From assembly GCA_001443375.1 (NCBI GenBank), contig LDXM01000006.1, positions 18,133-82,132 of the forward strand: a DNA stretch of 64,000 bases, in the 5' to 3' direction. Below the pieces are notes generated by a model. It did not search any database and had not been told where the DNA came from. It worked only from the letters and a program-made list of their open reading frames with translations. The position numbers were made by a program, and so were the translations under genes. Shown piece after piece: positions 57,358-64,000 of this stretch (its first letter is position 1; every line of letters begins with the position of its first letter). Source of the stretch: Chloroflexi bacterium CSP1-4 (GTDB lineage: Bacteria; Chloroflexota; Limnocylindria; Limnocylindrales; CSP1-4).

Positions 57358-58518
57358 TCAGCCGCCGCGCGCGAGCACGTCGCGCCCGATGACGTGCCGC
57401 TGGATCTGCTGGGTCCCCTCGTAGAGCTGCGTGATCTTCGCGTCGCGCATCATGCGCTCCACGGGGTACTCGGTGATGTAGCCGTAGCCGCCGAGCACCT
57501 GGACCGCGTCGGTCGTCACGGCCATGGCGGTGTCGCCGGCGAAGAGTTTACACATCGCCGACCAGCGGGCCGCCGCCGGCGAGCCCGCCTCGATCTCCTC
57601 GCAGGCGGTGTACAGGAGCTGGCGCGCGGCTTCGGTGCGCGTGGCCATGTCGGCCAGCATCGCCGCCACCATCTGGTGCTCGCCGATGGCCTTGCCGAAC
57701 TGGCGCCGCTCGGCCGCGTAGCGCGTGGCCACCTCGAGGGCGCCCTGGGCGATGCCCACCGCCTGCGCGGCGACACCCGGCCGGCTGCGGTCGAGCGTGC
57801 GCATGGCGATCGACCAGCCCTCCCCGACGTCGCCGACCCGGTTCGCGTCCGGGACACGGACGTCCTGGAACAGCAGCTCGGCGGTGGGCGAGCCGCGGAT
57901 GCCCATCTTGTGCTCGAGGCGCACGGTCGTGAAGCCCGGCGTCCCCTGCTCGACGACGAAGCAGCTGATGTGCCGCTTGGCGCGGACCGCCTCGGGGGAC
58001 GGGTCGGTGACGGCGAAAACGGTCACGCATCGGGCCACGTTGCCCTGGCTGATGAAGCGCTTGGCGCCGTCGATGCGCCAGCCCTCGCCGTCGCGCACGG
58101 CGCGGGTGCGGATGGCCGCCGCGTCGGAACCCGCCTCCGACTCGGTGAGCGCGAAGGCGGCCAGCGCCCGCCCGGCCGCGAGGTCGGGGAACCAGCGCGC
58201 CTGCTGCTCGGGCGTCCCCGCCAGGAGCAGCGGCAGCGAGCCGAGCTCCTGGACGACGAGGATCAGGCCGCTCGTGGCGCAGACGCGGCTGACCTGCTCC
58301 ACGGCCAGGCAGACCGTGAGCAGCTCGCCGCCCAGCCCGCCGTGCGCGACGGGGTACGGCAGCGCCAGCACGTCCTGCGCGGCCAGCAGCTCGACCACGT
58401 CCCAGGGGAACTCGCCGCTGGCGTCGATGGCCGCGGCGCGGGGGGCGATGCGCTCGTCGGCCAGCTGGCGGACGGCGTCGCGGAGGGCGCGCTGCTCGTC
58501 GCTGAGGCGGATCGTCAT
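57358..58518 (-). CDS. acyl-CoA dehydrogenase
   Basis: ACAD N, middle and C domains (FALTESEAGSDAAA, catalytic-base region YGYITEYPVERMMRDAKITQLYEGT). ATG 58518. The upstream 108 aa of ORF 57358..58842 are rejected. Confidence 0.85.
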   Translation of the reverse strand: MTIRLSDEQRALRDAVRQLADERIAPRAAAIDASGEFPWDVVELLAAQDVLALPYPVAHGGLGGELLTVCLAVEQVSRVCATSGLILVVQELGSLPLLLAGTPEQQARWFPDLAAGRALAAFALTESEAGSDAAAIRTRAVRDGEGWRIDGAKRFISQGNVARCVTVFAVTDPSPEAVRAKRHISCFVVEQGTPGFTTVRLEHKMGIRGSPTAELLFQDVRVPDANRVGDVGEGWSIAMRTLDRSRPGVAAQAVGIAQGALEVATRYAAERRQFGKAIGEHQMVAAMLADMATRTEAARQLLYTACEEIEAGSPAAARWSAMCKLFAGDTAMAVTTDAVQVLGGYGYITEYPVERMMRDAKITQLYEGTQQIQRHVIGRDVLARGG

Positions 58519-58672
58519 GGGGTCCGTCGCCGGATCACGGGCGCATCGTACCCCAGCCGAAGTGGCGATCGACCCGTACGCCGTTCGGGTGATTGGCGGG
58601 CTCGACCGGGAGAGGTACGCTGTTCCGCGCTCGTCCGGGCGATGCGGCCCGGCGCCCGGAGGACAGGTGCTC

Positions 58673-58909
58673 ATGGACCAGGGCACGGCCATCGTGCTGA
58701 TCACGATCGCGGCGCTGCTCGGCATCACGGCCACGGTCGCCATCGTCGGGCGGCGGGACCGCGAGGTGGAGGAGGGTGCCGAATCGCCATTCGCCGTGTC
58801 GAGCGAGGGCATGACCGCCTGCCGCCATTGCGGCCGTGGCAACCTCGTGACCGACGACGTCTGTCTCTACTGCGGCACCCCCCTCCCCAACCACGAGGAG
58901 TTCGGCTAG
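58673..58909 (+). CDS. small membrane-anchored zinc-ribbon protein
   Basis: 78 aa: one TM helix (AIVLITIAALLGITATVAIV) then CRHCG...CLYCG Cys4 ribbon. GGAGGA RBS 8 nt upstream. Lies on the strand opposite to the etfD and ACAD genes. Confidence 0.5.
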   Translation: MDQGTAIVLITIAALLGITATVAIVGRRDREVEEGAESPFAVSSEGMTACRHCGRGNLVTDDVCLYCGTPLPNHEEFG

Positions 58910-61023
58910 GCCTGCACGACCGGCAGGCCCCGCCCGGCCCCGAAGCGATCCGCCGACAGGCTCGCCGCCAGCACCTCCGCCACGTCCTGGACGCCCACCG
59001 CGCCCGCGGAGGCATCGGCCAGGCCGTCGCGCATCATGACGATGCAGAAGGGGCACGCGGTGACGACGCCCTCGGCGCCGGTCTCGAGCGCCTGGCGTGT
59101 CCGCTCGGCGTTGATGCGCGTGCCCCGGGTCTCCTCCATCCACATCCGCCCGCCGCCCGCGCCGCAGCAGAAGCTTTCCCGGCCGCTGTGCTCCATCTCG
59201 CGCAACTCCACACCGGGGATCGCGCTCAACACGGCGCGCGGCTGGGCGATGACGTCGTTGTAGCGCGCCAGGTAGCACGAGTCGTGGAAGGTCAGGCTGC
59301 CCGAGCGCCCGAGTTCGGGGCGCAGGCGGCCGTCGGTCACCAGCCGCGCCAGGTAGGCACTGTGGTGCACGACCTCGTAACGGCCGCCGAACTGGGGGTA
59401 CTCGTTCGCGATCGTGTTGAAGCAGTGCGGGCAGGCGGTCACGATCGTCTTCGGCCGGTAGCGGTCGAGCGTCTCCACGTTGGCCATGGCCAGGATCTGG
59501 TAGACGTACTCGTTGCCCATGCGGCGCGCCGGGTCGCCGCTGCACGACTCCTCCTGGCCGAGCACGGCGAAGTCCACCCCGGCCGCGTCCAGGCAGGTCA
59601 CGAAGGCCCGAGCGACCTTGCGGTTGCGGTCGTCGAAGGAGGCGGCGCAGCCCACCCAGTAGAGGCAGTCGAGCTTCGCCACGGCGTCCGGCCCGCCTTC
59701 GGCGACGACCTCGGCGGCCGTGCGCACCACGAAGGGCAGGCTCCTCGCCCAGTCGAGGCGCGAACTCTGCGGCTGGCCCCAGACGTTGCCCTGGCGCTCG
59801 AGGTTCGTGAAGGCGCCGGCCAGCTCGGCCGGGAAGCGGCTGTCCTCCAGCACGAGGTTGCGGCGCAGGCCGACGATCTTGTCGACGTGCTCGATGAGCA
59901 CCGGGCAGGCCTCGACGCAGGCGCCGCAGGTGACGCAGTCCCAGACGGCGTCGTAGGGGATGGCGGTGTCGACGATGGGCCGCCCGAGGGCACCGGCGCT
60001 CGGGGCACCGGCCGGTTTGCCCGGGGCGTCCGAGGACCGGATGAAGGGGATCGCCGGCAGCAGCCCGATGCCCTTCTCGGCCTCGACCGCCATCTCGCGC
60101 AGGCCCATGATCAGCGTCTTCGGGTTGAGCGGCTTGCCCGTCGCCCAGGCCGGGCAGGCGTTCTGGCAACGTCCGCACTCGGTGCAGGTGAAGCCGTCGA
60201 GCAGGTCCTTCCAGCCCAGGTCCTCGATCGTCTTCACGCCGAAGCGCGCGGTCTCCGCCTCGAGGTCCATGGCGGGCAGCTCGCCGCGCGGGCGCAGCTT
60301 GCGGAAGGCCGTGTTGAAGAAGGCGGTCGCGATGTGCAGGTGCTTGGAGCGCGGCAGGTACACCAGGAAGAAGCAGACGATGAGCACGTTCGCCCACCAG
60401 GCGAGCGCGAAGAGCACCTCGACGAACTCCGGGGCGAGGGTGCCCAGGGGGCGGGCGAGCAGTTCGGAGACGACCTCCCAGGCGGAGTCCGGGTCGCCGT
60501 AGCGGGCGAGGCGGAAGGCCTCGGCGACCAGCTCGGTCGTGACCACGCCGCCGATCAGCAGCAGGATCGTCAGCGCGTCGCGCGAGAGCGTCAGTCGGGC
60601 GGGCCGTGTCAGGAGGCGGCGCGTGAGCGCCCAGCCCACGCCGAACAGCACGCCCAGCGCGAGCAGGTTGCTCCCCAGCAGGGTGAGTCGCCAGGGCCAG
60701 CCGTCGAGGGGCCAGCCGAGGATCGACTGCACGAGCCCGAACGTGACGCGGTTGGCCGTGCCGACCGTGAGCACGATGAAGCCCCAGAAGATCGCCGCGT
60801 GCAGGAGCCCCGGTCCGGGGTCGCGGAACATCCGCACCTGGATGATGGAGAAGCGGATGAGCGACGCGATGCGCGCCTCCGGCTGGTCGGCGACGGTGGA
60901 GGGCCGGGCAGCGGCGAAGACCCGCAGGTGGCGCGCCATCTCCAGCGCGAAGATCAGCGCGGCGACGGCGAAGACGAGGGGCGCGAGCGGGTAGAGCGGG
61001 ACCTGCTCGAGGAGCGCGGTCAC
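58906..61023 (-). CDS. etfD: membrane-bound heterodisulfide-reductase-like Fe-S oxidoreductase (EtfD-type)
   Basis: N-terminal 5-6 TM helices with conserved His, two CxxCxxCxxxCP ferredoxin motifs and two C-terminal CCG domains (CYLAR...CCGAGGG). Co-oriented with ACAD-etfBA. Confidence 0.8.
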   Translation of the reverse strand: MTALLEQVPLYPLAPLVFAVAALIFALEMARHLRVFAAARPSTVADQPEARIASLIRFSIIQVRMFRDPGPGLLHAAIFWGFIVLTVGTANRVTFGLVQSILGWPLDGWPWRLTLLGSNLLALGVLFGVGWALTRRLLTRPARLTLSRDALTILLLIGGVVTTELVAEAFRLARYGDPDSAWEVVSELLARPLGTLAPEFVEVLFALAWWANVLIVCFFLVYLPRSKHLHIATAFFNTAFRKLRPRGELPAMDLEAETARFGVKTIEDLGWKDLLDGFTCTECGRCQNACPAWATGKPLNPKTLIMGLREMAVEAEKGIGLLPAIPFIRSSDAPGKPAGAPSAGALGRPIVDTAIPYDAVWDCVTCGACVEACPVLIEHVDKIVGLRRNLVLEDSRFPAELAGAFTNLERQGNVWGQPQSSRLDWARSLPFVVRTAAEVVAEGGPDAVAKLDCLYWVGCAASFDDRNRKVARAFVTCLDAAGVDFAVLGQEESCSGDPARRMGNEYVYQILAMANVETLDRYRPKTIVTACPHCFNTIANEYPQFGGRYEVVHHSAYLARLVTDGRLRPELGRSGSLTFHDSCYLARYNDVIAQPRAVLSAIPGVELREMEHSGRESFCCGAGGGRMWMEETRGTRINAERTRQALETGAEGVVTACPFCIVMMRDGLADASAGAVGVQDVAEVLAASLSADRFGAGRGLPVVQA

Positions 61024-61547
61024 CGGCCCCGGTCCGCCGACCGGTCCGGCCCCCCTGCCGCCGCGTGGCGGCTGGAGTCGTTGGCCAGCGTCTCCAGCGC
61101 GTGGGCGAGCGCCGGCAGGACGGCCTCGAGCGATTCGCGGGCGCCGCCCGGGCTGCCGGGCACGGCCAGCACGAGGCAGTGGCCGATGACCCCGCCGAGC
61201 GAGCGCGAGAGCGACGCAAACGGCGTGGACCGGCGACCCTCGGAGCGCATCAGCTCACCGAAGCCGGGCACCTCGTAGTCGAGCAGCGGCCGCAGCGCCT
61301 GCGGCGTGACGTCGCGGGGGGTCATCCCCGTGCCGCCCGTCGTGACCACGAGGCGGTGGCGGACGGCGGCGGCGCGAACGGCCGCAGCGATGACCACGGC
61401 GTCATCGGGGACGGCGGCGCGCTCGACCTGGAAGCCTGCCGCCTCCAGCAGCTCGGCGAGGACCGGGCCGCTCTTGTCCGGACGGGTCCCGGCGATAACG
61501 CCGTCGCTGACCGTGAGGACGAGGGCGCCGGGCAGCAGGCCCGTCAT
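61020..61547 (-). CDS. mog: molybdenum cofactor biosynthesis protein MogA/MoaB family
   Basis: MoCF-biosynthesis fold with GGTG motif (LVVTTGGTGMTPRD). Confidence 0.8.
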   Translation of the reverse strand: MTGLLPGALVLTVSDGVIAGTRPDKSGPVLAELLEAAGFQVERAAVPDDAVVIAAAVRAAAVRHRLVVTTGGTGMTPRDVTPQALRPLLDYEVPGFGELMRSEGRRSTPFASLSRSLGGVIGHCLVLAVPGSPGGARESLEAVLPALAHALETLANDSSRHAAAGGPDRSADRGR

Positions 61548-61553
61548 CGGGGC

Positions 61554-62141
61554 TCAGCCGGTGCGACGCGGCCCGCGCACCCCCTTGGGACGGGGTGGCT
61601 TCGCGCTGGGGGAACCCGCCGGCTCGGCCGGTCGTCGCCATTCACCCGATCGGCCTCCCGACTTCTCGACGACCCGCAGGTGCCGGATCTCCGCACTGCG
61701 ATCGACGCCCTTGACCATATCGTAGACGGTGAGGGCGGCCACGGCGGCAGCCGTCAGCGCTTCCATCTCCACGCCGGTGCGGGCCACGGTGGCGGCCGTG
61801 GCGCGGATGAGGAGCGCGCCACGTGCACGATCGGGCTTGACCTCGACCACGAGGTCGGTCAGCGGCAGCGGGTGGCACAACGGGATGAGGTCCGAGGTGC
61901 GCTTGCCGCCCATCACGCCGGCCAGCTCGGCCACGGTCAGCACGTCACCCTTGGGGCCACCGCCGTCCACGATGAGGCTGATCGTCTCCTGCGCGAGGGC
62001 GACCTCGGCCTCGGCCACCGCGCGGCGGGCGGTGGGCGGCTTCTCGCTCACGTCCACCATGCGCGGCCGGCCGCTGCGGTCGACGTGGGTGAGGCGCCGG
62101 CGTTCGGTGCGCTTCGGGGGCTCCATGGGCATCGGGCTCAC
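61554..62141 (-). CDS. moaC: cyclic pyranopterin monophosphate synthase MoaC
   Basis: LTHVD...MVDVS...PLCHPL MoaC signature with an about 35-aa basic Pro-rich C-terminal extension. Confidence 0.85.
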   Translation of the reverse strand: MSPMPMEPPKRTERRRLTHVDRSGRPRMVDVSEKPPTARRAVAEAEVALAQETISLIVDGGGPKGDVLTVAELAGVMGGKRTSDLIPLCHPLPLTDLVVEVKPDRARGALLIRATAATVARTGVEMEALTAAAVAALTVYDMVKGVDRSAEIRHLRVVEKSGGRSGEWRRPAEPAGSPSAKPPRPKGVRGPRRTG

Positions 62142-63406
62142 GCTCCTTCCAGTTCCCAGACGTCGACCTCGGCGCCGGCCGGCAGGCCGTCCAGATCTTC
62201 GGGCACGACCGCCAGGCCGTCGGCGGCGGCGAGCGCCGAAAGCACGTGCGACCCCTGGCCGCCTGCCAGGAGCGCCAGTCGCTCGCCGGGTCGCCCGGGG
62301 TCGGGCGCCAGCTTCACGCGCAGAAAGGCGCGGCGCGGCGGGCTCTTGGTGACGGCCGAGGCGAGGCGCGCCCGCACGACCCGGCGCGCGGTAGGGTCGC
62401 GGTCGCCCGAGAGCGCCCGCAGCACGGGGCGGACGAACAGCTCGAACGTGACGAAGCTGCTCACGGGGTTGCCGGGCAGGCCGAACAACAGCGCTTCACG
62501 ACCGTCCGGCGACGGAGCGCGCCCGAACGCGACCGGTTTGCCGGGCTGGACGGCGACGCGCCACAGGTCCACGCGCCCCAGGCGCTCGAAGGCCGCCTTC
62601 ACCACGTCGCGGGCGCCGACCGAGACGCCGCCGCTGACGATGACGAGGTCCGCCCATCCGATCGCGCCGACCAGCGCAGTCTCGACCTCGGCGAGCGTGT
62701 CGCGGGCGACGCCGAGCCGCCGAACGTCCGCGCCGGCCGCTCGAGCCTGCGCCGCGAGCGCCGGCGAGTTGCTGTCGTGGATCTGCCCGGGACCCAGCTC
62801 CTCACCGGGTGAGACCAGCTCGTCGCCCGTGGCCAGGACGGCGACGCGCGGCCGGCGGTGGACGCGCAGCGTCCCGTGCCCGCCGGCGACGAGCAGGGCC
62901 AGCGCGGCGGGCGCGATGCGCGCGCCGGGCGGGAGGAGCGGAACGCCGGCGTGGAAGTCGCTGCCGGCTCGCCGAACATGCTGCCCGGGAAGGGCCGGGG
63001 CGCGTATCGCCACCGAGGCGGGCAGCGTCGCGAGGCCCGGCTCGCTGTCGGTCTCCTCGACCGGCACGACCGCGTCGGCGCCCTCGGGGAGCATCGCCCC
63101 GGTGAGGATGCGCACGGCGGTGCCGGGCTCGACCGGGGCGGTGGGGGCATAGCCGGCCGCCACCTCGCCCACGACGCGGAGGGTGACCGGGTGACCGGCG
63201 GAGGCGGTCGCGACATCGGCGCTGCGCACCGCGAAGCCATCCATGGCCGTGTTGTCCCAGGGCGGCAGCGTCAGGCGCGCCGCCAGGGGCTCGGCCAGGA
63301 CCCGCCCCACGGCGTCGTCCACGCCGACCTGCTCCACGGGCAGCGGCACGACCCCGGCGAGCATGCGCTCCAGGGCGCCTTCGAGCGAGAGGAGCTGCTC
63401 ACCCAT
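62138..63406 (-). CDS. moeA: molybdopterin molybdotransferase MoeA
   Basis: MoeA N and MoCF domains (PPWDNTAMDGFAV, GGVSVG). ATG 63406 overlaps the upstream stop. The ORF-track start at 63454 is less likely. Confidence 0.8.
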   Translation of the reverse strand: MGEQLLSLEGALERMLAGVVPLPVEQVGVDDAVGRVLAEPLAARLTLPPWDNTAMDGFAVRSADVATASAGHPVTLRVVGEVAAGYAPTAPVEPGTAVRILTGAMLPEGADAVVPVEETDSEPGLATLPASVAIRAPALPGQHVRRAGSDFHAGVPLLPPGARIAPAALALLVAGGHGTLRVHRRPRVAVLATGDELVSPGEELGPGQIHDSNSPALAAQARAAGADVRRLGVARDTLAEVETALVGAIGWADLVIVSGGVSVGARDVVKAAFERLGRVDLWRVAVQPGKPVAFGRAPSPDGREALLFGLPGNPVSSFVTFELFVRPVLRALSGDRDPTARRVVRARLASAVTKSPPRRAFLRVKLAPDPGRPGERLALLAGGQGSHVLSALAAADGLAVVPEDLDGLPAGAEVDVWELEGA

Positions 63407-63996
63407 CAGACCGCTCCCCGCTCCAGCGCGACCGCGCGGCGCCGGGCCAGCCACCAGGCGGCGAGCCCGAGGACGATGGTGAGTGCGCCAAGGACCGTCG
63501 CGGTGCGCTCCCAGAACGGGATCGGGTAGAGCTGGACCATGTGCTCGGTGCGCGGGTCGAAGGACCAGTTCCCGCCCGGGAAGAAGACCTGGTGGAAGAG
63601 CGTGAAGGCGGCATCGAAGGCCACCAGGAACAGCGCCCCGACGATCGCGAAGGCCACCGTCAGCCCCAGCGCACCACGCGAGACGGCGCGCCAGAAGGGC
63701 GCCGCGCGGCCGGATCGGACGACCCCCGCCGCGAGCACGACGAGCGCGACGGCGGCGGCGGCGAGCAGCCCGTAGAACACGGCCCGGGCATCCCGCAGGT
63801 GGCCGGCCTCGGCGGCGTTGTAGAAGCTCGGGCCCCCTTCCTCCATCGGGAAGGCGAACGTGGCCGGCCCGAAGACGAGCTCCCTGACCGTCCGGTCGGA
63901 CAGGTCGTGCGCCTGCGACGGGGTGACGCCGAGGAAGGCCGCCGACCCGGCGTCGTCGAGTGCCGCATGGATGTAGACCGGGGTGAGCAGCAGCAC
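63406..63996 (-). CDS. DUF1461 family integral membrane protein (N-terminus beyond window)
   Basis: C-terminal 196 aa with multiple TM helices and FHQVFFPGGNWSFDP motif typical of DUF1461/TIGR01906. Truncated at the window edge. Confidence 0.55.
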   Translation of the reverse strand: MLLLTPVYIHAALDDAGSAAFLGVTPSQAHDLSDRTVRELVFGPATFAFPMEEGGPSFYNAAEAGHLRDARAVFYGLLAAAAVALVVLAAGVVRSGRAAPFWRAVSRGALGLTVAFAIVGALFLVAFDAAFTLFHQVFFPGGNWSFDPRTEHMVQLYPIPFWERTATVLGALTIVLGLAAWWLARRRAVALERGAV

Positions 63997-64000
63997 GACC

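Noticed and set aside
56983-61278. 1431-aa plus-strand ORF and 894-aa minus ORF (58535..61219) across etfB-ACAD-etfD
   Set aside because: They are antisense or alternative-frame to three strongly supported genes. Their low-complexity Arg/Gly/Pro translations have no domains.
63406-63454. Alternative longer moeA start at 63454
   Set aside because: The extra 16 residues overlap the upstream DUF1461 gene. ATG 63406 gives the common ATGA stop-start overlap seen throughout this window.

Overview
This is a 64 kb window of very high-GC bacterial DNA (about 70% GC), densely coding, with many 4-nt ATGA/GTGA start-stop overlaps. The gene content (ATGA/GTGA-coupled gene chains, DUF881 pair, EtfD-type Fe-S oxidoreductase, a T-box leader on thrS) points to an actinobacterial or Chloroflexi-like chromosome.

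Main blocks, in order:
- A 5'-truncated EF-G paralogue and a divergent hisA.
- A his operon (hisG-D-C-B-H-F-IE) led by a TrpR/YerC-family gene, behind a 50-bp nested palindrome.
- tyrS, a class A penicillin-binding protein (PBP), mutS2, a 3-methyladenine glycosylase and cvpA.
- The classic thrS-infC-rpmI-rplT-pheS-pheT block, with a T-box leader and a tRNA-Val(GAC) upstream of thrS.
- An amidohydrolase-asparaginase-MFS operon, DUF951 and the pmbA/tldD pair.
- A translationally coupled operon: anchored family-5 SBP, secreted HExxH metallopeptidase and two DUF881 genes.
- A large catabolic island at about 36.0-48.0 kb. One arm is a cupin protein, a PreA-like dihydroorotate/dihydropyrimidine-dehydrogenase-family Fe-S flavoprotein, an SsnA-like aminohydrolase and an XdhD-like fused 2Fe-2S/molybdopterin hydroxylase. 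The divergent arm is two PLP enzymes, two carbamoyltransferases, a carbamate kinase and a GYD protein. It resembles the E. coli ygeW-ygfK-ssnA-xdhD anaerobic purine-catabolism locus but with a different subunit complement, and is the best candidate for an undescribed pathway variant.
- A padR plus membrane-protein pair flanked by 39-bp imperfect repeats.
- A 1.2 kb islet carrying only a Type IV Mrr restriction endonuclease, inserted at the 3' end of tRNA-Arg(CCT) with a duplicated 27-bp tRNA-end repeat.
- A glutaredoxin-like/CcdA/TlpA thiol-disulfide operon, an MBL hydrolase, dcd and nrdR with a candidate NrdR box.
- An etfD-acyl-CoA dehydrogenase-etfB-etfA cluster.
- Moco genes mogA/moaB-moaC-moeA and a 5'-truncated DUF1461 membrane protein at the window edge.

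No CRISPR arrays, rRNA or transposase genes were seen. Many long ORFs in the track on the opposite strand or in alternative frames are high-GC artefacts and were rejected.
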